52,850 nt of DNA, taken from NCBI GenBank assembly GCA_046598045.1, contig JBKJJJ010000012.1, positions 1 through 52,850 on the forward strand. The letters are read 5' to 3'. The position numbers and the translations under genes were made by a program. Shown one piece after another: positions 11,903-21,000 of this stretch. How positions within the stretch are numbered: the stretch's first letter is position 1; each line of letters opens with the position of its first letter. Under the pieces are notes generated by a model. It did no database searches. It saw only the letters and a program-made list of their open reading frames with translations, and had not been told where the DNA came from. Source of the stretch: Candidatus Eiseniibacteriota bacterium (GTDB lineage Bacteria; Eisenbacteria; RBG-16-71-46; DASYSL01).

Positions 11903-12676
11903 ATGCCACCGCTGACCGCGCAGGGCCCGCTCGCCGGGCAGCCCGCTTCCTCCGTCTACCCGGGACACCGCGTGATCGCCATGTTCCCGTTCCACAACGA
12001 ACAGGACAAGCTCGCGCTCCTGGTCGGGAAGATCCGCCCGGGGCTCGTGGACCTGTGGTTGCCGGTGGACGATGCCTCGACCGACGGCGGGCCGGCGCTG
12101 CTGCGCCAGCACGGGATCGAGCCGCTGACGCAATCCGCGCGGCGGGGCATCGGCGCGGCCGTGAAGGCGGTGGTGCGGCATGCGCGGGCGAACGGTTACG
12201 ATATCCTGGTGGTGATGGCCGGCAACAACAAGGACGATCCGGCCGAGATCCCGCGCCTGCTGGCGCCGATCGTCAATGACGGCGTGGACTACGTCCAGGG
12301 GAGCCGGTTCCTGGCGGGGGGCTCGAGCCCGCACCTGCCGCTGTTCCGGCGGGTCGCGATCCAGATGCTGAGCCTGATCTTCCGCATCTACTCGCGGCGG
12401 AAGTGCACGGACCTGACGAACGGCTTTCGCGCCTATCGGCTCGCGCTGTTCGACGATCCGCGCATCGAGATCGAGCAGGATTGGCTGGATGAGTACGAAT
12501 ACGAGTACTACGTGCACTGGAAGGCCTACACGCTCGGGTACAGGGTGGCGGAGGTTCCGGTCACCAAGACGTATCCCGGCGTGAAGGGCGTCGAGTACAG
12601 CAAGATCAAGCCGATCACGGGCTGGTGGCGCATGCTGCGTCCCTTCGTGCTGCTGGCCCTTCGGATCAAGAAATAG
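11903..12676 (+). CDS. GT2 glycosyltransferase (DPM1-like)
   Basis: PFHNE, VDDASTD, GIGAAV, VQGSRF, TDLTNGFRAY, EVPV motifs. Confidence 0.85.
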   Translation: MPPLTAQGPLAGQPASSVYPGHRVIAMFPFHNEQDKLALLVGKIRPGLVDLWLPVDDASTDGGPALLRQHGIEPLTQSARRGIGAAVKAVVRHARANGYDILVVMAGNNKDDPAEIPRLLAPIVNDGVDYVQGSRFLAGGSSPHLPLFRRVAIQMLSLIFRIYSRRKCTDLTNGFRAYRLALFDDPRIEIEQDWLDEYEYEYYVHWKAYTLGYRVAEVPVTKTYPGVKGVEYSKIKPITGWWRMLRPFVLLALRIKK

Positions 12677-12684
12677 GAGCGAGC

Positions 12685-13833
12685 ATGACCGAGCCACACG
12701 ACGCCCCGGCTACGCGTGTTCCCTTCTTCGACCTGCGCCGGCAGATGCAAGCGATCCGCCCGGATATCGACCGGGCGCTTGCCGGCGTGCTCGAGGACGG
12801 GGGCTTCACGAACGGTCCCGCAGTCGCGGCGTTCGAGGAACAGTTCGCGGCGTACTGCGGCGTGCCTCACTGCATCGCGGTCAACAACGGCACCAGCGCG
12901 CTGCAACTCGCGCTCGGATGCTTCGAGATCGGACCGGGGGACGAGGTCATCACCGTCTCCATGAGCTTCATCGCGACGGCGTGGCCCATTCTCTACATGG
13001 GCGCGACGCCGGTGTTCGTCGATGTGAGTCCCGATCGCTTCACCATGGATCCCGGCGCGCTCGCCCGGGCGATCACGCCGCGCACCCGGGCGATCATCGT
13101 GGTGCACCTGTATGGCCAGATGGCGGAGATGGACCCCATCCTGGCGCTCGCGAAGGAGCACGATATCCCGGTGATCGAGGACTGCGCGCAGGCGCAGGGA
13201 GCGGAATCCAGGGGCCGCCGCGCGGGTTCGTTGGGCACGCTTGGCTGCTTCAGCTTCTATCCGAGCAAGAACCTGGGCGCGTACGGCGAGGGTGGCGCGG
13301 TGACGACGCGCGATCCCGGGCTCGCGGAGCGCTGCCGCCGCGTGCGCAACCACGGGCAGAACGAGCGCTACCTCCACACCGAGGTCGGCCACAACTTTCG
13401 CATGAACAGCTTCCAGGGCGCGATTCTGTCCGTGAAGCTGAAGCATCTCGAGGAGTGGACCGCCCGGCGCAACGAGCTGGCGCGCGAATACGATCGCACA
13501 CTCCCGGGCGTGGCCGTGATCGCGCCGACGCCCTGTCCGGATGGCCGTCACGTGTACCATCAGTACGTGATTCGCCACCCGCGGCGCGACGCGCTGCGCG
13601 CATCCCTGCTCGAGGCGGGAGTCGAGACCGCCGTGCACTACCCGCTACCGATCCACCTGCAGCCGGTGATGGAGCGTTACGGGTACCGACCGGGTTCCCT
13701 CCCGGTGACGGAGTCGATCGCGCGCGACTGCATCAGCCTTCCGCTCTATCCGGAGATGCCGGACGGCGACGTCGAGTGCGTCGTGGAAGCGCTGGCGGCT
13801 TCGCTCCGGCCGGGCGTGCTCGAGGCGCGCTAG
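12685..13833 (+). CDS. DegT/DnrJ/EryC1/StrS family PLP-dependent sugar aminotransferase
   Basis: NNGTSAL, VHLYGQ, IEDCAQAQG, SFYPSKNLGAYGEGG, HVYHQY; RBS AGGAG. Confidence 0.93.
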   Translation: MTEPHDAPATRVPFFDLRRQMQAIRPDIDRALAGVLEDGGFTNGPAVAAFEEQFAAYCGVPHCIAVNNGTSALQLALGCFEIGPGDEVITVSMSFIATAWPILYMGATPVFVDVSPDRFTMDPGALARAITPRTRAIIVVHLYGQMAEMDPILALAKEHDIPVIEDCAQAQGAESRGRRAGSLGTLGCFSFYPSKNLGAYGEGGAVTTRDPGLAERCRRVRNHGQNERYLHTEVGHNFRMNSFQGAILSVKLKHLEEWTARRNELAREYDRTLPGVAVIAPTPCPDGRHVYHQYVIRHPRRDALRASLLEAGVETAVHYPLPIHLQPVMERYGYRPGSLPVTESIARDCISLPLYPEMPDGDVECVVEALAASLRPGVLEAR

Positions 13834-15881
13834 GGCCCGGAGGCCGGCTCGCCCGACTTCACCGCGTACACGGCAAACCCGTCGCGCGCGTATTTCCGCG
13901 TGAACAGGTCGGGACGCGCGTCGAAGCGCGCTGCCGGCGAGGCGGCGCGGTCGACGGGCGCAGGCCGCAGGAGCACGTACACCGGGCGTCCCAGGGCGGC
14001 GAGCTCCGACACGTCGCGGTCGAGCGAATCCGCGTCGCCGAAGAGGTCCGCCATCACGGCGCGCCGCCTGCGGACTTCCTCGAGCGGGAAGGCTGCGAGC
14101 TCCGGGCCCAGCCGGCTTCCGAGCAGGAGCTGGCGCCGGCCTTCCACCATGATGACGTCGCGGAAGTCCTCGTCGACGAACACCGTCGTGGGCCGGGTCG
14201 CGGTGCGAATCCACTCGTAGAGGGCCGGTTCACCGGGCAGCATGGGATGTTCCGGTGCGGCGATGCCGGAGCGGTCGAGCAGGTAGCCGCGGAGCGTGAG
14301 CAGGGGCGTTCCGAGCAGGAGGAGCGCGACGATGATCGCGCCGGCGAGGCCGAACCGCCGTCGCCAGGCTGCGACTTCGTCATGGAACGCCACGCCGCCC
14401 AGGACCACGATGCCCGCGAAGACCTCGAACACGAACTTCGCATGGCTGCCGATCGGCAGCGTGACCACGCAGGAAAACGCCAGCATGCAGGCCACGTAGA
14501 GCGCGATCATCGCCGCGGCAGCGCGCCGCCCGGCGACGAGCGCCCGGATGGATCCGCGGGCGAACCACGCGGCCACGGCAAGCGCGGTCAACAGCGTGGC
14601 CCATTGCATCCAGTCCAGCTGCAGGTACGAGTGGTGCAGTCCCGACTGGGATGCGGGCCATGCCCGGGAGATCTCAATCGTGTAGGGGGCGGCGACCAGC
14701 GATCCCCCGACGGTCGCGGCCGCGAACGCCACCAGGCGCGCGCGCCGTGGCAACCAGGCGTAGCGCCAGGAGAGCAGCCACGCAAGCGCGAGCGCCGCGA
14801 GCGAGACCGGCACGACCGAGAGCCCGACCACGCCATGGAAGAAGAACATGCCGCTGGCGGCGAACGCGCCCCAGAACAGCGCGGGGACGCGCTGTCCCCG
14901 CATCGCACGCACCATGGACCAGAGATAGACGAGCATGAACGCGTACGCGACGTTGATGGCGGTGCCGTGCAGCGGCTTGTCGAGAAAGTTGACCATGTAG
15001 GTGGAGATCGGGCTCAGGGCGTAGATGACCGTGGCGTCGTTCCAGTGCTCGCTCATGAGAATGCGGTGGATTTCCGCCGGGCCCTGGACCGCCCCGCTGA
15101 CTGCCCGCAGCAGCCGCAGCGGCCACAGGATCCACACCCCGGCGTTGAAACTGAGTCCCATCAGGAGTGCGGAACCCGCCGCGGCGCGGGACGACTTCCA
15201 CACCTGGCGTCCGATCAGCCAGGCCATGCCCATCGTGGCGAACATGCTGGCCACGTTCGAGAGCGCCATGAGCGCGAACGGATCGCCCCCCCGGAGCGAG
15301 CTGAGCAGCGCGATGAAGTAATTGTAGAACCAGACGTAATTGAGCGTGAGGCCGGCGAAACGGGGATCCTGGGGCGGGATGCCGCGGCCGAGGATCTCGT
15401 AGATGATGCCACCGTGGATCCAGGCGTCGGCCCGCACCTGCAGGTAGGGATTCACGAACAGGACGAAAGCGATGAGTGCTGCGCTGCCGATCGCCCAATT
15501 CCAGGCGAATCGCGTCCCGGCGGAGCTCCTCGGGCCGGCGTCGGGGCGGCGCGCGTTCCACCATTCGGCCACCAGCCAGCACGCGCCGGCGACCACCGCC
15601 ACGACGCGCGCCGCCACGGGCAGGGGCAGGCCAGCGTTCATGAGCGCCCACGCCGAGATCGCGGCGATCAGCGGGGACGCCGCGACTCCGAGCGTCCAGC
15701 GCGCGATGGGAGTGCGCTCGAGCGGCAGGACCGTCGCCAGCGCGACGCCGGGAAATACTCCGAGCAGGGGGAAGAGGCCCCATTCGCCGAGCACGCCGGG
15801 CAGGAGCAGCCCCGCGGCAGTGCACGCGGCAAATGCCGGCACCGTGAGCGGGATCCCGGGGGACCGGCGGGAGGGGTTCAC
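13830..15881 (-). CDS. Large polytopic membrane protein, probable GT-C fold glycosyltransferase
   Basis: More than 10 hydrophobic segments; DAWIH...PPQDPRFAG..LNYVWFY loop; soluble C-terminal domain (LYEWIR..T.P); start uncertain (GTG 15881 after GAGGAG). Confidence 0.65.
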   Translation of the reverse strand: MNPSRRSPGIPLTVPAFAACTAAGLLLPGVLGEWGLFPLLGVFPGVALATVLPLERTPIARWTLGVAASPLIAAISAWALMNAGLPLPVAARVVAVVAGACWLVAEWWNARRPDAGPRSSAGTRFAWNWAIGSAALIAFVLFVNPYLQVRADAWIHGGIIYEILGRGIPPQDPRFAGLTLNYVWFYNYFIALLSSLRGGDPFALMALSNVASMFATMGMAWLIGRQVWKSSRAAAGSALLMGLSFNAGVWILWPLRLLRAVSGAVQGPAEIHRILMSEHWNDATVIYALSPISTYMVNFLDKPLHGTAINVAYAFMLVYLWSMVRAMRGQRVPALFWGAFAASGMFFFHGVVGLSVVPVSLAALALAWLLSWRYAWLPRRARLVAFAAATVGGSLVAAPYTIEISRAWPASQSGLHHSYLQLDWMQWATLLTALAVAAWFARGSIRALVAGRRAAAAMIALYVACMLAFSCVVTLPIGSHAKFVFEVFAGIVVLGGVAFHDEVAAWRRRFGLAGAIIVALLLLGTPLLTLRGYLLDRSGIAAPEHPMLPGEPALYEWIRTATRPTTVFVDEDFRDVIMVEGRRQLLLGSRLGPELAAFPLEEVRRRRAVMADLFGDADSLDRDVSELAALGRPVYVLLRPAPVDRAASPAARFDARPDLFTRKYARDGFAVYAVKSGEPASGP

Positions 15882-16080
15882 AGCGGGCGGGATTCTCCTC
15901 GATGGGGCCTGGCCCCCGGGGGGCTTCGTCGGGCGACTCCCGACCCGCATCGGATCCTGAAGGCCGGTCCGCGAGGAAGGAAGGTTAGCTGGCAGTCCAC
16001 GACCGCGTCAAGGACCCAGCCCCTTGACCCGACGAACCCGCCGCGCAATGATCCGAACTCCCTTCACAGCGGAGTGACGC

Positions 16081-16482
16081 ATGCGCCGAACCCTGATACC
16101 GATCGTCGGAATGCTCGCCCTGGCCGGCTGCTCCTCCGGAGTCGGCCGCCCGGTGCGCGAGGTGGTCGTCGTGCCGGCGGCGGACGGCATCCAGCGCGTC
16201 GAGGTGACCGCGCACACGTTCTGGTTCGAACCGAACCGGATCGTGGTCAAGGCCGGCCTCCCGGTCGAACTGCACATGAAGAACGGGTCGTTTCTCGTGC
16301 CGCACAACTTCAGTTGCGTCGCCCCCCAGGCGGGCGTCCAGATCGATGCCGGTCTCGGCATGTTCAAGGACTCGGAGAACGCGCGCTTCACGCCCACGAC
16401 GCCGGGCGAGTACCCGTTCTTCTGCGACAAGGACCATCACAGCAACAAGGGCATGACCGGCACACTGGTCGTCGTGCCCTGA
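16081..16482 (+). CDS. Cupredoxin-domain lipoprotein
   Basis: Lipobox LAGC; type-1 copper ligand pattern HNF...YPFFCDKDHHSNKGM. Confidence 0.85.
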   Translation: MRRTLIPIVGMLALAGCSSGVGRPVREVVVVPAADGIQRVEVTAHTFWFEPNRIVVKAGLPVELHMKNGSFLVPHNFSCVAPQAGVQIDAGLGMFKDSENARFTPTTPGEYPFFCDKDHHSNKGMTGTLVVVP

Positions 16483-16489
16483 CCCCCGG

Positions 16490-17527
16490 ATGCCCCATCC
16501 CATCCTGGAATGGCATTCCCGGCATCGCCGCAAGGTCTCCGGCACCTTTGTCGGCCTGCTCCTGATCGTCATCGCCGCCGAGAGTTTCCTGCTCTAGGAG
16601 CAGGCGGCGGTGAACAAGGCGGTCAACGCCCGATCGGCGACGCTCCTGACGACGTTCCTCGAAGCGGACACGCTGCAGACCCCGAGCGGGGGCGGCGTGC
16701 GCATTCGGCTGCGCAACGTCCGCTTCCGCTGGTCCGAAAAGGTCTACGTCGACAATGCCGACCTTACGGTCCGGGCCGTTCCAGTGCAGGGGAGCGCAGT
16801 CGATTTCGACGACCCCGGGTCATTCGTGCTCGGGATCCAGCACGCCGTGGTCGGGATCCGGCCGGACGTGCTCGAGGGCATGTTCAACGAGAGCGTGTTC
16901 AACTACCCGGAGTCCAAGCTGCGCGACCTCAAGGTGGAGTTGTTGCACGAGGGGAGTGCCGAGAACCTGCGTGTGAAGGGCAGGGTCAACGTGGTCCTGT
17001 GGATGCCCTTCACGATGGACACGCACCTGACCGTGAACACTGCCAGCAACGCGCTCGCCATTCACGTCGACAAGCTGAAGCTCCTGGGGTTCCTCCCGGC
17101 GACGAAACTGATCCAGTTCGGGCCGTTTCACCTCGACAAGATCATTCCCCTGCCGCCAAACCAGAGCCTGATCGTGGCGGGGAACCAGATCCTGGTGAAG
17201 CCGTTCGGGCTGTTTCCGCCGCCGCGCATCCGGGGAAAGATGTCCGGGGTGAGGGTGACCGGGACGGAGATTCGGCTCGCGTTTGCGGGGGACGCCGTTC
17301 CGGGCCCCGAGTCGTCCGCGCGGAACTACGTCTACCTGCAGGGGGGGTCGGCGCGCTTCGGGCGCTTCGGCATGGTCGACACCGACATCGTGATCGAGGA
17401 CGGGGACCCGCGCGATCCCTTCGTGTTCTCGCTGCTGCACTACGCGGACATGATTCCGCGGAGCCGCATCGAGATCCACGACACGAAGTCCGTGCGGGTG
17501 ACGATGCCGGACTACGGAACTCCGTAG
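16490..17527 (+). CDS. Hypothetical beta-rich protein; N-terminal TM segment (16490-16594) separated from the main ORF (16610-17527) by an in-frame TAG
   Basis: ATG 16490 is in frame with GTG 16610, with a single TAG at 16595-16597; the main ORF has protein-like composition. Confidence 0.6.
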
Positions 17528-17531
17528 AACG

Positions 17532-17568
17532 AAGAAAGGCGGCGCCCTTGCGGACGCCGCCCCTTCTT
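17532..17568. terminator. Bidirectional intrinsic terminator
   Basis: AAGAAA-GGCGGCG...CGCCGCC-CCTTCTT between convergent genes. Confidence 0.65.
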
Positions 17569-17591
17569 ACGTGATGCGGTACCCGAGGGCC

Positions 17592-17795
17592 TTAGGCCTT
17601 ACGGACGTTCGCAGCCTGCAGACCCTTCGGTCCACGGGTCACGTCGAACTCGAGCGCCTCGCCCTCGGCCAGCGTCTTGAAACCGTCGCCGGAGATGGCC
17701 GAGAAGTGAACGAACACGTCCTCGCCGCCATCCGCCTGGGAGATGAACCCGAAACCCTTTGCCTCGTTGAACCACTTCACAGTGCCACTAGCCAC
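17592..17795 (-). CDS. csp: Cold-shock protein (CspA family)
   Basis: [15 protein letters not shown] (RNP1), DVFVHFSAI (RNP2), [13 protein letters not shown] start with RBS CAGGAG; 67 aa. Confidence 0.96.
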   Translation of the reverse strand: MASGTVKWFNEAKGFGFISQADGGEDVFVHFSAISGDGFKTLAEGEALEFDVTRGPKGLQAANVRKA

Positions 17796-17909
17796 TTGAA
17801 ACTCCTGTTGTACCCGGGCCCGAAGGCCCGCACTTTCCGCGTTTGCGCGCGCGGTCGCGTCCGGTCGCTGTGACCGGCGCTTCGATCGATGGAACAACGG
17901 TCGACCTAC

Positions 17910-17944
17910 AAAAAAAAGCCACCCGGGAGGTCCCTGGCGGCTCT
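17910..17944 (-). terminator. Intrinsic terminator hairpin plus U8 between the glucan synthase and csp
   Basis: Minus strand AGCCGCCAGGGA-CC-TCCCGGGTGGCT followed by a T-run. Confidence 0.7.
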
Positions 17945-18067
17945 CAACGTCGACGACTCATCGACCCACTACCGAAGACTGAGCACAATATCGGCCATCC
18001 CGCTCCCGGAGCCTAGTGAAATCCACGTGCACCTCGCCCCGGCGGGAAGAAAACGTCGATTTGCCAG

Positions 18068-21000
18068 CTAAAGCGCGGTCTTCCCGGCCAGCGTCGGGGT
18101 GAGAGCGGGGGCCGGTTCCCCCATCACGACGATCAGGCGGTGGGTCGCGCCGTCGTCCACGAGCGGGATCGCCCGGGGGTTGACGGCCGCGCCGTCGAGC
18201 AGGGCACTGACCAGGCCGCGGTTGCGGCGAACGGGATTCTCCACCGTGATCTCGTACAGGCTGGTGCCGTGCCGCCAGCGAATCGTGAAGCGCGGCCACG
18301 AGCCGGGGATACAGGGCGAGATCGCGAACGTGCTGCCGTGGCGCGTCAATCCCAGGATCGACTCGAGTCCGAGCCGGTGCATCCAGGCGGCCGATCCCGT
18401 GTACCAGGTCCAGCCGCCGCGACCGATGTGCGCTGCGTGCGTGTAGACGTCGGCCGCGACCACGAACGGCTCCGCCTTGTAGCGGTCGACGTCGGCGAGA
18501 GTGCGCGTGTGGTTGATCGGGTTCAGCATGTGGAAGAGCTCGACCGCCTCGTCGCCGTTGCCCTGCTGCGCGATCGCCATCACCGTCCAGAGCGCGGCAT
18601 GCGTGTACTGGCCGCCGTTCTCGCGCACTCCGGGCACGTAGCCCTTGATGTAGCCCGGGTCGAGGTTCGACTGGTCGAACGGCGGCGTGAGCAGCTGGAT
18701 CACGCCCGTGTCGCGCCGAATGAGCTGCGTGCGCACCGCGTCCATCGCGCGCTCGGCCCGCCGCGGCGGCGCCGCGCCGGAGAGCACCGCCCAGCTCTGC
18801 GAAATCGCGTCGATGCGGCACTCCTGGACCTGCGCGGAGCCCAGCGGCATGCCGTCATCGAAGTACGCGCGCCGGTACCAGTTGCCGTCCCACGCCTGCT
18901 CGAGCATCGCGCCGAGTCGCGCGCGCTCGTTGCGCCAGCGCGCGGCGCGCTCCACGTCCCCCCGCGACTCGACGATCAGGGCGAAGTCGCGCAGGATCTT
19001 CGAGAGGAACCATCCCAGCCAGACGCTCTCGCCGCGGCCCTCGACGCCGACCCGGTTCATGCCATCGTTCCAGTCCCCGGTCCCGATCAGCGGCAGGCCG
19101 TGATTGCCGATCGTCAGGCCGCGGTCGATCGCGCGCAGGCAGTGCTCGTAGAGCGTTCCGCCCTGCGCCGACACCCCGGGCTGGCTGTAGGCCTCGAGCT
19201 CGCCGGGCGCGAGGACGGGCGCCTCGAGGAAGGGCACGAGTTCGTCGAGCACGGACACGTCGCCCGTGGTGTCGACGTAGTGCGCGACCGCGAACGGGAG
19301 CCACAGCAGGTCGTCGGAGCAGCGGCTGCGCACGCCCCGGCCGGTGTGATCGTGCCACCAGTGCTGCACGTCGCCCTCGGCGAACTGGTGCGCCGCGCAG
19401 CGCAGGACGTGCGCCCGGTAGACGTCCGGCCGCGCGAGCGCGAGCGCCATCACGTCCTGCAACTGGTCGCGGAAGCCGTACGCCCCGCCTGGCTGATAGA
19501 AGCCCGTCCGGCCCCACAGTCGCGAGCTCACCGATTGATAAAGCAGCCAGCGGTTCATGATCAGGTCGAACGAATCGTCCGGCGTCTCGACCTCGACGGC
19601 GCCGAGGAGCGCGTCCCACTTCTGCTCGACCTCCGCCAGCGCCGCGGTCGCGGCTTCGGGGCTGCCGAATCGGCCCGCGAGCGCGAGCGCGTGTGCGCGG
19701 TCTTCGCCCTCGCCGAGCAGGAGCACGAGCTCGCGCGTCTCGCCGGGGGCGAGATCGACGCGCACCTGCAAGGCCGCGCACGGATCGAGCCCGGCGCCGA
19801 AGCGGCCGCTCAGCCCGTCGCGGCCGAGCGCGGCCGGCCGCCTGAGCGAGCGGTTGCGGCCGAGGAACTCCAGGCGGTCGCCGGTGGCCGACGCCGGCCT
19901 CACGCTTGCGTGCGCGAACGCCACCCGCCCGGCGAAGTCGCTGTTGTAGGGATTGCGGGCGAGCACCGCGCCGGTGGCCTCGTCCTGTTCGGTCACGACG
20001 AAGCGGTGCTCGCCGGCGCGCGGCGGGCAGAGCGCCCACTCGTTGTAGGCGAACACGCTCAGGCGCCGGGGCGTGTCCGCGTGGTTGGTCAGGCGGATGC
20101 GCGAGAGCTTGACCGTCTCCTCGGCGTGGACGAAGACCGCGAGCTCGCAGGTGACGCCGTGCTCGCGGTGCGCGAAGTGCGTGACGCCGGCGCCGTGCCA
20201 TGTCACCCAGCGGCCGCCGTCCTCGCGGCGGGGCAGCGGGCCCGGGGTTGCGCCCCACACCTCGCCCCGGTCCTCGTCCCGCAGGTAGAGCGCCTCGCCG
20301 CTGAACTCGCTCACGGGGTCGTTGGTGAACGGGGTGAGGCGATTCTCGCGGCTGTTCGAGTCCCACGTCCACGCGGCCCCGGTCGCGCCGACCACGGTGC
20401 CGAAGCGCTCGTTCGCGATCACGTTCACCCACGGCATGGGCGTCTCGGCGTCGCCGGTGAGCACGATCGCGTACTCGCGACCGCCGTTCGTGAAGCCGCC
20501 GAGGCCGTTCTCGTGGCTCAGATGCGGCAGCTCGACGTCGGGCTCGCGCTCCGCGGTCGCGTCCTGGGCGCGCACGGCGCGCGTGGCCGGCCAGTGCGGC
20601 TCGGGGTAGGGCAGCGCGAGCTGCTCCGCCAGCTCCCCGCGATCGCCGTTCAGCACCGCGCGTGCCGCGGACATGAGGATCACGCGGTCCGGCTCGGCCA
20701 TGCCGTCGCCGCGCAGCAGGAACGCGCCCCCGGGACGGTTGCGCCACGCCGCCCACGGCCCCTGTTCGAGCAGGCCCTCGAGCTGGTCGTGCATCGCGTC
20801 GAGATAGCCGGTCGGATGATCGTTGAGGATCACGACGTCGGCGCTCAGTCCCTTGAGGCGCCAGTACTCCTGTGCGCGCAGGCCCTGGCGGACGAGCGCG
20901 AGGTCGTTGTGCTCGACCACGCGCAGCACGAGGATCGGCAGGTCGCCCGAGATCCCGTGCGCCCACAGCCCGGACTGGCCGAGCGTGTTCGCGGCGAGCA

